Positions 27,581-37,770 of a stretch of DNA of 64,000 bases are shown one piece after another. Every line of letters begins with the position of its first letter. The stretch's first letter is position 1. The stretch is from Nitrospinales bacterium (lineage in GTDB: Bacteria; Nitrospinota; Nitrospinia; Nitrospinales; VA-1). The translations under genes and the position numbers were made by a program. Below the pieces are notes generated by a model. It saw only the letters and a program-made list of their open reading frames with translations. It was not told the DNA's origin and searched no databases. Where the stretch lies: the NCBI GenBank assembly GCA_965223345.1, contig CBDCWG010000012.1:1568001-1632000 (forward strand). Direction: 5' to 3'.

Positions 27581-28684
27581 ATGAAGACTTTCGTATTTTC
27601 GTTTCTGGCGGGACTGGTCCTGGCCGCTTTTTTTCTGGTTTTTGTTCCCGGCTCGTCGCTGGCCGTGGACGCCGGTCCTCAGGGCATCACGGCACGGAAG
27701 GCCACCGATTATCTGCACGCGGTGATTCAGGGAAGCCGGTCCTTTTACACCAAGCAGATCGTGGAGCGCCTGAGCAAAGCGCTGTCCCTCAAGGCCTCGG
27801 AAAAGTGGAAAGAGGACAACGCGCTGCCGCTGCCGGCGCAGTTTCTGCTGCTGTCCTCGAAAAACATCAACGATAAGGGCATGGGGCTCAAGATCCGGCT
27901 GATCAGCCTGCACCCGATCAACAAAGCCAATTCACCGGTCAGCGATCTGGAAAAACTCGGGCTGCACGGTCTGGTGTCCAACCCCGAAGAGCCGTTCACC
28001 TGGGTGGTGCAGACCGGGGGGCGCTGGAGTTTTCAGGCCATTTATCCGGATCTGGCCGTCACGGAAGCCTGTGTGAACTGTCACAACAACCATCCGGAGT
28101 CTCCGAAAAAGGATTTCAAGGTGGGCGACGTCCTGGGCGGGCTGGTCATCAACATTCCCCTGCGGCAGGAAGGGATCTCGGGCAAAGAGGACAATTTCCT
28201 GGTTCCGCCGGAGGTGATCTCCGACTACATCCACGCGATCCTCGATTCCGACCGCATGGTCTATTCCACGTTGGTCGTGAACCGGCTGAAGAGAAAGAAC
28301 GTCATCGAGGCGAAGGAAAACTGGCGGGAATCGAACACGCTGCCGCTGCCGGCGCAGTTTTTGCTCAACAGCAGCGGCGTCGCGAGAAAGAACAAGCTCG
28401 GCCTGGACTTCCGTTTGATCAGCCTGTGGCCGATCAATGTGAGAAACGGCGCCGCGAACGAGTTCGAACGCAATGCGCTGGAAGAGGTCTCCCTTTTTCC
28501 CTTACGGCCTTACATCAGCAAGATCAAGCTGGGAAACCGCCACTACTTTCAGGCGGTGTACCCGGATTTCGCGGTGGCGCAGGCCTGCGTGACCTGCCAC
28601 AACGAGCATCCCAAGAGCCCGAGGAAGGATTTCGCCCTCAACGATCTGATGGGCGCCATCGTGGTTTCTTTCCCGTACCAGTGA
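27581..28684 (+). CDS. Exported protein with two tandem DUF3365 (Tll0287-like) heme c domains
   Basis: Two repeats of LPLPAQF...RLISL.PIN...CxxCH (CVNCH, CVTCH); signal peptide. Confidence 0.85.
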   Translation: MKTFVFSFLAGLVLAAFFLVFVPGSSLAVDAGPQGITARKATDYLHAVIQGSRSFYTKQIVERLSKALSLKASEKWKEDNALPLPAQFLLLSSKNINDKGMGLKIRLISLHPINKANSPVSDLEKLGLHGLVSNPEEPFTWVVQTGGRWSFQAIYPDLAVTEACVNCHNNHPESPKKDFKVGDVLGGLVINIPLRQEGISGKEDNFLVPPEVISDYIHAILDSDRMVYSTLVVNRLKRKNVIEAKENWRESNTLPLPAQFLLNSSGVARKNKLGLDFRLISLWPINVRNGAANEFERNALEEVSLFPLRPYISKIKLGNRHYFQAVYPDFAVAQACVTCHNEHPKSPRKDFALNDLMGAIVVSFPYQ

Positions 28685-28769
28685 GGCTCTGTTTGAATCG
28701 GCCGGATCCATTTACCAACCACAGCACGACGGCCTCAGCGCCGGGATTTCCAACATGAGAGGAGTGTCG

Positions 28770-29057
28770 ATGAAACCGGATGAACACGATAGAGTGAGAA
28801 CCGAAATCGAAGGGGTGAAAAAGCGGCTCGAGGAAACCACGCAGGAATTCATCCGGTTCGCGGTCGAGACCTACATCCGCCAGCATCACGGGGACCTCGA
28901 TGAAGCGCTGAGCCAGTTTCTCTGGGATGTGAAAAAACACCACTCTTCTCATGCCAGACCGGACAATTACATGGACGGCCCGCGGCCCAATCCGATCGAG
29001 CGGGACATCGTCTCCCTGTTTCTCTTGATGAAAGACAGCACCGGCCGGCCGTTGTAG
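28770..29057 (+). CDS. Hypothetical protein
   Basis: AGGAG RBS; native codon usage. Confidence 0.6.
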   Translation: MKPDEHDRVRTEIEGVKKRLEETTQEFIRFAVETYIRQHHGDLDEALSQFLWDVKKHHSSHARPDNYMDGPRPNPIERDIVSLFLLMKDSTGRPL

Positions 29058-29291
29058 CGGTCACCTGCGGCCGTCCCCGTTTTCCCGAAGCCGAAGGGAC
29101 TCCCTTCTTGAGCATCCGAACGGGCATTTTTTGCCCGTGCGCTTTGCGGGGTTAAAACCCCGGTTTGTGTTTCCTGCCTTCCCCGTTTCGTCTCCAGACA
29201 AAAATAGCCTATAATCGGGCCTGCTTCGAACCTGCGCCGCCCGTTTCCAGCCAATGGCAAAGAGGGCGCTTCCCGATCAGGACAATCCGCA

Positions 29292-31013
29292 ATGCATGAA
29301 ATTCAGACTCTGGTGCCGGTGATCGTGTTGCTGCTTGTGGGCATCGCCTCCATCACGCTGATGCGTCCGCTCAAGGTCAGCCCCATCGTGGGGTATCTGC
29401 TGGCGGGCATCCTCATCGGCCCGCACGGCTTCGGCTGGATGGAGGAAAGCGGGACGACCCACCTGATGGCCGAGCTGGGCGTGGTGTTTCTGCTGTTCGA
29501 CATCGGCCTGCATTTTTCCCTGGAACACATCTGGGATGCGCGCCGGGAAATCCTCGGGCTGGGGCCGATTCAGGTGTTGTTCTGCACGGTGGCGCTGGCG
29601 GGGCTGGCTTTGTTGTTCGGGTTCGCGCCGCCGGTGGCGCTGATCATCGGTACGAGCCTGGCGCTTTCGTCCACGGCGGTGGTGTTCCAGGTGCTGGCGG
29701 GGTACAACCAGAGCAACTGCCCGGTGGGTTCGGGCGCCACGGCGGTGCTGATCTTCCAGGACATCTGCGCCATCTTCCTGCTGATCTTTGCCGGGTCCTA
29801 CGGCCAGAGCGACGCTTCGCTGGGCGTCACGCTCGGGGCCGCCGCGCTGAAAGCGGCGGGGGCGTTTGCGCTGGCCATCCTGATCGCGCATTTTTTCGCC
29901 ACGCCGGTGTTCAAGATGCTGGCGAAATACAAAGACGAGGAGATCTTCACTGCCGCGGCCTTGCTGATGGTGCTGGCGACCGCCGCCGCGACCGGGACGA
30001 TCGGCCTCTCCCTCACGCTCGGAGCGTTTCTCGGAGGCATGATCATCGCCGAGACACCCTACCGGCACATCATCAAGACGGAGGTCAAGCCGTTTCGCGG
30101 CCTGCTTTTAGGTTTCTTTTTCATCACCGTGGGCATGGGGCTCAACACCCACACGATCCTCGGTTCCTGGTGGCAGATCGTTCTGATCGTCGTCCTCATG
30201 TTGGCTGTGAAGATCCTGTTCGTGTTTTTCGCGGCGCTGGCTCTGCGTTCGCCGCTGCGCACGTCTTTGCAGATGGGGTTTCTCCTGTCCCAGGGCAGTG
30301 AGTTTGCGTTTGTGGTTTTTTCCCTGCCGGGCATCCAGCAGGCGATGGGAGCGGACCTGGCGTCGATTCTGATCAGCGCCGTGGCGCTGAGCATGGCGCT
30401 GACGCCGCCCCTGGCCGAGTTCGGCCACCGTTTCGCCGACCGGCTGGCGATGAAGAAGGCCGAGGCCCGCCGTGAGGATGTGGAATCGCAGCCCGATGAG
30501 GACCGCTGTGTCATCGTTCTGGGTATGGGACCCATCGGGCGCACCGTCGCCGATGCGCTGGAAGCGCACGAAATCTCCTATCTCGCCATCGAGATGCGTC
30601 ACGACCGCTTCATCCAGGCCAACACCGACGGCTATCCCGTGGTGTTCGGCGACGGCGCGGATCTCAGGCTGATGGAAACGGTGGAGATGGCGCACGCGGA
30701 CACTCTGGTGATCACCGAACCGCGGCTGGAAGTCGCGAAAGAGGTGGCCCCGATCGCGCGCGAGCGCTACCCCAACCTGCGGCGGCTGGTTTCGGTGGGC
30801 GATGAGCAGGGCGCCCGCTCGTTTCGGGCGCTGTCTCTGGATCCGGTGTTCGACCGCAGTTTCCCTCCCGGTCTCGATCTTTCGGTGGCCGTCCTGAACG
30901 CGCAGCAGGTCCCCGAGGAAAAGATCCAGAAATGGATGCAGCGCCAGCAGGCGCGGGCCCTGGATGAAAAAGCGGAACAGGACCCCTTCGCCTTCTCCTT
31001 GCAGAAAAGCTGA
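29292..31013 (+). CDS. CPA2-family (KefB/KefC-like) cation/H+ antiporter with TrkA_N domain
   Basis: AELGVVFLLF.IGL, ALSSTA, LIFQD and PFRGLLLG; C-terminal GMGPIG RCK domain. Confidence 0.92.
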   Translation: MHEIQTLVPVIVLLLVGIASITLMRPLKVSPIVGYLLAGILIGPHGFGWMEESGTTHLMAELGVVFLLFDIGLHFSLEHIWDARREILGLGPIQVLFCTVALAGLALLFGFAPPVALIIGTSLALSSTAVVFQVLAGYNQSNCPVGSGATAVLIFQDICAIFLLIFAGSYGQSDASLGVTLGAAALKAAGAFALAILIAHFFATPVFKMLAKYKDEEIFTAAALLMVLATAAATGTIGLSLTLGAFLGGMIIAETPYRHIIKTEVKPFRGLLLGFFFITVGMGLNTHTILGSWWQIVLIVVLMLAVKILFVFFAALALRSPLRTSLQMGFLLSQGSEFAFVVFSLPGIQQAMGADLASILISAVALSMALTPPLAEFGHRFADRLAMKKAEARREDVESQPDEDRCVIVLGMGPIGRTVADALEAHEISYLAIEMRHDRFIQANTDGYPVVFGDGADLRLMETVEMAHADTLVITEPRLEVAKEVAPIARERYPNLRRLVSVGDEQGARSFRALSLDPVFDRSFPPGLDLSVAVLNAQQVPEEKIQKWMQRQQARALDEKAEQDPFAFSLQKS

Positions 31014-31124
31014 TTTTCCCACCGCAATGGCTCACAAAATTTGTCAAAAATAACTGCCAAAAATTATCATGTGTGCATAAAAGGGCACACCTTCTGGAGG
31101 GCCCGGATCGCGGTAAACATATCC

Positions 31125-31171
31125 TAAATTATTGATATATAAGGACAATTTTGTTTGGCATGGAGTTGGCA
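31125..31171 (+). promoter_or_regulatory. Putative sigma54 (-24/-12) promoter with upstream IHF site
   Basis: TGGCATGGAGTTGGCA at 31156-31171 (GG-N10-GC); TATCAATAATTTA on the minus strand at 31125-31137 matches WATCAANNNNTTR. Confidence 0.5.
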
Positions 31172-31201
31172 ATATTTCAAGTGACTGCCAACTAAAGAAG
31201 G

Positions 31202-31438
31202 ATGGGCACCATGAAATCTGAATACTGGTTCATGAATCTGGCCAAAGAGGATGAAGACATCGACGCCAATTTCACCATCAAGACGCTGATGGAATCGGGC
31301 TGGGAATTCGTCGCCAACGGCGGGGAAGACAGCGCGGAGGTGCTGATCTTCAAGAAAAACGTGAACAACCAGTCCAACGCCCTGGAAGAGGACCTCAATG
31401 TGGGTTCCATCAACGAAACGGGCCAGCCCCTGATGTGA
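31202..31438 (+). CDS. Small hypothetical protein (DUF4177-like GWE motif)
   Basis: EY...L.ESGWEFV...LIFKK pattern. Confidence 0.7.
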   Translation: MGTMKSEYWFMNLAKEDEDIDANFTIKTLMESGWEFVANGGEDSAEVLIFKKNVNNQSNALEEDLNVGSINETGQPLM

Positions 31439-31925
31439 TTCTCCCTCAAAATCCGAGTTGAAGTGACGAGACCGTTCCAACCCTTTGATCGAAACCTTTG
31501 AGGAAAGGAACGGGCTTCGGGCTCCGATTGATATTTTTACATTCTCAGCATCGTGGTCAGACCTCAAAGGCAAGCCATATCGTTGATTTTCTTTTGATTC
31601 TTTCCTGCCCCGTTTCGTGCGTGAACACCCTTTAGTCAAACCAAGTACGGGATTTTCGCCCCTGTTTTCTGGAAATATGGAGACCGGGTTGTATTTTGCC
31701 TGAAAAGGGAAGAAATGGCGGATTCACCCGTCTCCTTGCGCCTGACCTTTGAGGAACAAGCGCAAGGAGAAGGATTTCCAGTGTTGCAATTTTTTTAAGT
31801 GAAACAGGTTGAATGTATCGAGCGTTCCCAAAGGAGCTGCAACCGCTCCGATCACTCCGGAAAAAGCTTTCATTTTCACAAAACGGTCGTCCGGAATCGA
31901 ACACGTTGTGTGCGTCGCCTTGCGG

Positions 31926-33476
31926 CTACGGTTTTGTGGCCCTGTAGTAATCAGCCAGACCTTGTTTGGCTATCTTTCCATGCTCTTTCAAGGCATCGAC
32001 GACCAAACCACCCTGCTGCGCCTGGAAGGCTCTTCCAACCTCTGTTTCCGCCGGTTTTTGCAGAGAACGCAATGCCTCCTCAGCTTCCGGGTGACCGGAT
32101 AGAGCCAAACCCAAAATCACGTGCTTGCTGAAGTCGAAATCACGCTCGGTCGTGCTTTTTTGAAAAGGAGCGATGCCCACGCCGCTCTTCGCCCAGGTCT
32201 CCGGATTCAACTTTTCCTTCAAAAAGTTGAGCGCCTGCTGATTACCGCTCTTGTTGATCAGATAGCCCAGGGACATCAGGGCGCTCGTCTTCGCCTGGTA
32301 ATGGGCCTGGGAGAGGCCGCGTTCGTCACCGGCCTCGATGAACGCGATGAGCGGGGCGACGGCACTTTCGTCGGCAATCATCCCGAGGACCACCACGGTA
32401 TTCGACCAGAACGCTTTTTCAGCCGGATCGTTCAGAATTTTCAGCAGTACGGGAACGTCCGAAGGACCGTACTTACTGGCCTCCTCATACGGGACGCCGT
32501 GGATGAATACCTGACGCACAAAGTCTTCCACACTCATTGCGGGCGTTTCCTGCGCTTGAGCCATCACCACCATCTCCGGCTCGGGCGGCTTCGCGGCGAG
32601 ACTTTTAAACGCGTTGCATTCCGCCGAGTTGACCCTCAAGCGGCTACTAGCGATGGTGCCGTTCATCACGGCATTCGGATCGTCGTTGCGATGGCTCAGT
32701 CCTTTATTGTGACCCAACTCGTGAGCCCAAAGGATGCCCTCAAGACTCGGCGTGAACCGGACGACGGCCATTGAATTGCCCGGGACCGGGGCGCATCCGA
32801 TCACATTGGGTATCAGACCGCCGCACCAGTTGATTTGATTGACGACCTTGATGTGTCCCGGAAGCCCGATGAGGGCACTGAACTCGGCGCTGCTGTCGAT
32901 GCTTCCATCGCCATCCGTGAATACAGTCACATCGTCGTCGCGTGAAAAAGCCACCTGGCAGGCAACATCCCCAACCCCATCGTTGTTCTGCAGGACTGTG
33001 GTGGCGTCAGCTAAAATTCTGTCCGCTTCCGTGTTGGTTAAACTGCTGCTTGTGAACCGGCGAATCTGCAGGCGGTGTTGGACGACATTGTCCGGAACGC
33101 TCGATCGACCACAGAGTGTGTATATATAGACGGTTTTACTGGAACCCGTGTTGTTCTTGAATCCGCAGCGCCAAGTATTGCGCGCCAGATTGGGGAACTG
33201 GTTGATGATGATCATTTTATCATTGTATGACGGGTGGCAGGCACCGGAAAGCATCTTATGATCGGCGGGGCAGGCAGCGCCCTCTAAATTGCCTGCACTG
33301 CTGCCCGGGCCGATGTTATGACTTCTGAATGTAAGCTGTGTTTCAAAAGCAGCCGGCTCGACAGCAATGTTTGCGGAGAACTCCTGTCCGGCGGCGTGAC
33401 CGAAAGCAGTCTGGCTTATCACAAATACCAGACCCGTTCCGGCAAGTATCGTTGAAAACTTGTGAAGTATTTTCAT
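31926..33476 (-). CDS. Secreted multidomain metzincin metalloprotease (Cys-rich N-domain, HEXXHXXGXXH, HEAT-like C-domain)
   Basis: Signal peptide; HELGHNKGLSH followed by an AVM Met-turn; helical repeats at the C-terminus; AAGGA RBS before ATG 33476. Confidence 0.82.
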   Translation of the reverse strand: MKILHKFSTILAGTGLVFVISQTAFGHAAGQEFSANIAVEPAAFETQLTFRSHNIGPGSSAGNLEGAACPADHKMLSGACHPSYNDKMIIINQFPNLARNTWRCGFKNNTGSSKTVYIYTLCGRSSVPDNVVQHRLQIRRFTSSSLTNTEADRILADATTVLQNNDGVGDVACQVAFSRDDDVTVFTDGDGSIDSSAEFSALIGLPGHIKVVNQINWCGGLIPNVIGCAPVPGNSMAVVRFTPSLEGILWAHELGHNKGLSHRNDDPNAVMNGTIASSRLRVNSAECNAFKSLAAKPPEPEMVVMAQAQETPAMSVEDFVRQVFIHGVPYEEASKYGPSDVPVLLKILNDPAEKAFWSNTVVVLGMIADESAVAPLIAFIEAGDERGLSQAHYQAKTSALMSLGYLINKSGNQQALNFLKEKLNPETWAKSGVGIAPFQKSTTERDFDFSKHVILGLALSGHPEAEEALRSLQKPAETEVGRAFQAQQGGLVVDALKEHGKIAKQGLADYYRATKP

Positions 33477-33925
33477 GACGCATTCCTTCCGTGATCTATC
33501 GTCTTGTTTGATGGCACAGACGCGAGGAAGCGAAAAGCCCCACATCACAATTTACAATCCAATTTATGACTCGACAAACTTCTAGCGCAGTCCACAGAGG
33601 CGCGCGAGGGGGGATGATCACCGTCAGCGCAGGTTCTTCCTCATCGACCGCAGAGAGTGTAAACGTAGACCGTTCGGCTGGAACCCGTGTTGTTTTTGAA
33701 TCCGCAACGCCAGGAGTTGCGTGGTATGTTTGGGAACTGGTTGATGATGATCACTCGATCATTGTAAGACGGGTGGCAAGCGCCGGAAAGCATCTTGTAG
33801 TCGGCAGGGCAGGCGGCGCCTTCCAAATTGCCTGCACTGCTGCCAGCGCCGATGTTATGGCTTCTGAATGTGAGCTGTGTTTCAAAAACAGCCGGCTCGA
33901 CAGCACTGCTTGCAGAGAACTCTTG
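33105..33925. repeat. Direct duplication of about 280 bp (about 33105-33390 vs 33645-33925)
   Basis: The two segments align by eye, with many third-position differences. Confidence 0.85.
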
Positions 33926-34066
33926 CCCCGGTTGAGCTCCTCCCCCGGCGGTTGGCAATTCCTGTCCGGGAGCCTGGCCGAACGCAGTCTGGTTCGTCAC
34001 AAGTACCAAACCCATTGCAGCGAGTATTTTGCATAACTTTACGGATCTTTTTTTGATGTTCTCCAT
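33641..34066 (-). CDS. Secreted small Cys-rich protein, stand-alone copy of the protease N-terminal domain
   Basis: Signal peptide; near-identical FETQLTFRSHNIG...ACPAD.KMLSGACHP...WRCGFKN...YTLCGR. Confidence 0.8.
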   Translation of the reverse strand: MENIKKRSVKLCKILAAMGLVLVTNQTAFGQAPGQELPTAGGGAQPGQEFSASSAVEPAVFETQLTFRSHNIGAGSSAGNLEGAACPADYKMLSGACHPSYNDRVIIINQFPNIPRNSWRCGFKNNTGSSRTVYVYTLCGR

Positions 34067-34438
34067 GACTCTGCTCCTTTGATCGTTGTCTCAAAATATT
34101 TATTTTCAGTTGAGGAATAAAACTTCCTCTTCATTGAAATTGAATCTAGGTAAAACGGAGTGGGATGAACATCGTTCAGATTATGATAATTTCATCGTGA
34201 AACGTGCAGTTACTTATCATAGTTTGTACGATGTTTCGGATCTCATTAGCATATTGATTGCAAAAGCGGTTACGGCCCGTCCTGCGGTGGAGAAGGAGGG
34301 CCTGCGGGATCTTTTTGTGCGTTGAGCCGAGAATCGGGTGGAGCCGGGAAAGGCATCCCGCCCGGGATTTCTGCGATTTCTCTGGTATAATTCCCCGCAT
34401 CATCCACCCTCAATCCGACACCGAATACCCGAACTGCC

Positions 34439-36148
34439 ATGAACAACGCCAGCGACCCCGAATCCACGGCCGCCGAAACCGCACCGGCCCATTTCATCAG
34501 CAACATCATTGCCGAAGACCTCGAGTCGAACAAATACGAGGGCCGGGTGCACACCCGGTTTCCGCCCGAGCCGAACGGTTTTCTGCACATCGGTCACGCC
34601 AAATCCATCTGCCTGAATTTCGGCCTGGCCGCGAAATTCGGCGGCGTCTGCAACCTGCGCTTCGACGACACCAATCCGATCAAGGAAGAGGAGAAGTACA
34701 TCGAGTCGATCCAGGAGGACGTGAAATGGCTGGGGTTCGACTGGGGGGAAAAACCGTTTTACGCGTCGGATTATTTCGACCAGCTCTACGATTACGCGGT
34801 GCAATTGATCGACGCCGGTCTGGCCTACGTGGACGATCTCAACGCGGACGAAATCCGCGAATACCGCGGCACCCTGAGCGAGCCGGGCAAGGACAGCCCG
34901 TACCGCAACCGCAGCGTCGAGGAAAACCGCGATCTGTTCGCGCGCATGCGCGCCGGCGAGTTCGACGAGGGGGCGAAGGTGCTGCGCGCCAAGATCGACA
35001 TGGCGTCCGGCAACCTGAACCTGCGCGATCCGGTGCTGTACCGCATCCTCAAGGTGCCGCACGTGCGCACCGGCGACAAGTGGAACATCTATCCGATGTA
35101 CGACTGGGCGCACGGCCAGTCCGACTCGATCGAGGGGATCACGCATTCGATCTGCACGCTGGAATTCGAAGACCACCGGCCCCTGTACGACTGGTTCCTG
35201 GAAAAACTCGGCATCTACCGGCCGCAGCAGATCGAATTCGCGCGCCTCAACCTCACCCACACGATGCTCAGCAAGCGCAAGCTCATCCAGCTCGTGCAGG
35301 AGGGCCACGTGCAGGGCTGGGACGACCCGCGCATGCCGACGGTGGCCGGGCTCCGGCGGCGCGGCTACACGCCGGAGGCGATCAAGGAATTCTGCGAGCG
35401 CATCGGCGTGGCCAAGAGCAACAGCACGGTGGACCTCGCGCTATTGGAGTACTGCATCCGCGAGGACATGAACAAAAAGGCCATGCGGGTGATGGCGGTG
35501 CTCAACCCGCTGAAACTGATCATCGACAACTACCCGGAGGGGCAGGAAGAAGAGCTGGACGCCGAGAACAATCCGGAGGATGCCGGCATGGGCTCGCGCA
35601 AGATGCCGTTCTCGCGCACCCTCTATATCGAGCGCGAGGATTTCATGGAAGACCCGCCGAAAAAATTCTTCCGCCTCGCACCGGGAAAGGAAGTGCGTCT
35701 GAAGCACGCCTACATCATCAAGTGCGAAAATGTGGTGAAAGACGACAACGGCGAGGTGGTGGAAGTGCACTGCAGCTACGATCCCGAGACGCGCAGCGGC
35801 AACGCGCCGGCCGGGAAGAAGATCAAGGGCACGCTGCACTGGGTGTCGGCACAGCATGCGAAAAGCGCCGAGGTGCGGCTGTATGAAACCCTCTTCACGG
35901 AAGAAAACCCGGCGGATGAGAAGGAATGCCCGCAGCTCACCGCCTGCCTCAATCCGGACTCCTTAAAGGTGCTGAAAGACTGCAAGATCGAACCGGCGCT
36001 CGCCGAGGCGAAACCGGGAGAACGCTTTCAGTTTCTGCGCATGGGTTATTTCTGCGCCGATTCCGGCGACAGCAAGCCGGGCGCGCCGGTGTTCAACCGC
36101 ACCGTGACCCTGCGCGACACCTGGGCGAAGATCCAGAAGAAGGGTTAA
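34439..36148 (+). CDS. glnS: Glutaminyl-tRNA synthetase
   Basis: [35 protein letters not shown] and FQFLRMGYF. Confidence 0.97.
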   Translation: MNNASDPESTAAETAPAHFISNIIAEDLESNKYEGRVHTRFPPEPNGFLHIGHAKSICLNFGLAAKFGGVCNLRFDDTNPIKEEEKYIESIQEDVKWLGFDWGEKPFYASDYFDQLYDYAVQLIDAGLAYVDDLNADEIREYRGTLSEPGKDSPYRNRSVEENRDLFARMRAGEFDEGAKVLRAKIDMASGNLNLRDPVLYRILKVPHVRTGDKWNIYPMYDWAHGQSDSIEGITHSICTLEFEDHRPLYDWFLEKLGIYRPQQIEFARLNLTHTMLSKRKLIQLVQEGHVQGWDDPRMPTVAGLRRRGYTPEAIKEFCERIGVAKSNSTVDLALLEYCIREDMNKKAMRVMAVLNPLKLIIDNYPEGQEEELDAENNPEDAGMGSRKMPFSRTLYIEREDFMEDPPKKFFRLAPGKEVRLKHAYIIKCENVVKDDNGEVVEVHCSYDPETRSGNAPAGKKIKGTLHWVSAQHAKSAEVRLYETLFTEENPADEKECPQLTACLNPDSLKVLKDCKIEPALAEAKPGERFQFLRMGYFCADSGDSKPGAPVFNRTVTLRDTWAKIQKKG

Positions 36149-36251
36149 ACCTCTCCTTTCGGGAAAAATTTGCATTGCGATCTCCACCCCTCCGCCCCAA
36201 TGAACGAAACGAGCTTTATTTTTTGTTCTGGTTCCGCATCAATAAGGCTTC

Positions 36252-36620
36252 CTAACGGGAGCTCTCGACAAATTGGTCGACCGCCTCGATAGCATGGGTT
36301 GCGTAGACCACGCTTTTGCCGCCGCCCATGAGGATGGCCACGCCCAATGTATCCGCAATTTCTTCCCTGCTGGCGCCCGCTTCGAGTGCGTCATTGGTGT
36401 GATGGGCAATGCAGTCGTCGCAATTTGTGGCAACACTGATTGCCAGGGCCATCAGCTCTTTGGTCTTCGTATCCAATGCCCCAGCAGCCACAGCCTCCTT
36501 GTGAAGTCCCCAGAAAGCCTTCATCACAGCAGGCTGGGCGGATGCAAGGTCGCGAGCGTTTCTTTCGAAGTTGCGCAATCTGTCGGGATATGAAATTGTT
36601 TGTTCTGTTGTTTTGCTCAT
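36252..36620 (-). CDS. Carboxymuconolactone decarboxylase/AhpD-family protein
   Basis: GALDTKTKELMALAISVATNCDDCIAHH. Confidence 0.9.
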   Translation of the reverse strand: MSKTTEQTISYPDRLRNFERNARDLASAQPAVMKAFWGLHKEAVAAGALDTKTKELMALAISVATNCDDCIAHHTNDALEAGASREEIADTLGVAILMGGGKSVVYATHAIEAVDQFVESSR

Positions 36621-36648
36621 GGCTTGCTATCTCCTCATTGCATCCTAT

Positions 36649-36861
36649 TTATCTCATCATTATTCCTTCCATGGGACATTGACCTGAAATAGCGAGGACC
36701 GCCCCAATCACAGGGAGAAATGCTGCGAGCACAAATATCCAGATGGCCAGAACTTTGCCGAATTTACGCACATTTCCTTCTGTCTTTGTGGAAGAAAAAA
36801 GCACAAAATATCCTACTACCACAAACCACGTAGCCGGTATAAAGCTGAAGAAAAAGCACAT
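36649..36861 (-). CDS. Small two-TM membrane protein
   Basis: Two hydrophobic helices and C-terminal CPM; AAGGGG RBS. Confidence 0.65.
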   Translation of the reverse strand: MCFFFSFIPATWFVVVGYFVLFSSTKTEGNVRKFGKVLAIWIFVLAAFLPVIGAVLAISGQCPMEGIMMR

Positions 36862-36876
36862 AAACACCCCTTTACT

Positions 36877-37128
36877 TTAAACGCGCGCAGTTCCCATGAT
36901 TTTATCGACCAGATCCTTTTTATCCTTCTCGGTCATTCCGTCGCCTCCTTTTTCCAACAGAACGAGCGAAAGTTTTTTGATCATTTTGGTTCGCTGTTCT
37001 TCAGGTAATTTTGTGAGTATCATTCCCAAGCATTCAGGCACCATCTCGATCATCATTGCGGGAGGGCAGCCCTGCATCATTTTTTCCATCATTCCTGCCA
37101 TATCACTCATTCGTTCGCATTCCAGCAT
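36877..37128 (-). CDS. Met/Cys-rich small helical protein
   Basis: MMQGCPPAMMIEMVPECLGM motif shared with the upstream gene; GGGGGTG RBS. Confidence 0.7.
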   Translation of the reverse strand: MLECERMSDMAGMMEKMMQGCPPAMMIEMVPECLGMILTKLPEEQRTKMIKKLSLVLLEKGGDGMTEKDKKDLVDKIMGTARV

Positions 37129-37133
37129 GACAA

Positions 37134-37601
37134 TCACCCCCCACAGCATGAGTCATTTGCGGGATTCATTTTCTCCGCAAAAAAAGCGGACATGAATTCA
37201 TTGTATTTACGCATGGCTCCTTTTTTGACCATTTGTCCCGTTTCAACCGCCTCCTGGATATCTTCCTCCCCAATTTCCAACTTTTTTGCTTCCCCGACAT
37301 GGTATTCCAAACAAGGTTGACAATTGGCCGTGACAGAGGCTCCAATCGCGATCAATTCTTTAGTTCGATCGTCGATGCCCTCATTTGTCTTATCCTTTCC
37401 GTCCACAACGCTATCTTCCTTTTCCTTCAGAACGGTAAGCAGTTTTTTTACCATTTTGGAACGCTGTTCTTGAGGCAGTTTAGAAAGCATCATGCCCAGA
37501 CATTCAGGCATCATCTCCATCATCATTTCCGGAGAGCAGCCTTCCATCATTTCAGACATCTTTCCCTTCATTTCTCCCATATCTTCACAACAACCCTTCA
37601 T
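37134..37601 (-). CDS. CMD/AhpD-like protein with N-terminal Met/Cys-rich domain and C-terminal CC
   Basis: KELIAIGASVTANCQPCLEYH; N-terminal MKGCC...MMEGCSPEMMMEMMPECLGM; ends SCCGG. Confidence 0.8.
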   Translation of the reverse strand: MKGCCEDMGEMKGKMSEMMEGCSPEMMMEMMPECLGMMLSKLPQEQRSKMVKKLLTVLKEKEDSVVDGKDKTNEGIDDRTKELIAIGASVTANCQPCLEYHVGEAKKLEIGEEDIQEAVETGQMVKKGAMRKYNEFMSAFFAEKMNPANDSCCGG

Positions 37602-37770
37602 GATAATCACCCCCTTCCATTTAGGGTGCAGTCAATCCACTCCTCCTTAAGTTAAGATTCATAAGAGGGGGATGTTATTCCTGCCTCGGTGGGGAGATTC
37701 GGTGGCTGAATTCCGCTCTTACATTGTCCTGTCATGGAATCAGACGATCCTCAAACTTACTGCTCAAAGA

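Noticed and set aside
33105..33925. DGR template/variable repeat pair
   Set aside because: Differences are not adenine-specific, both copies are coding, and there is no reverse transcriptase in the window.
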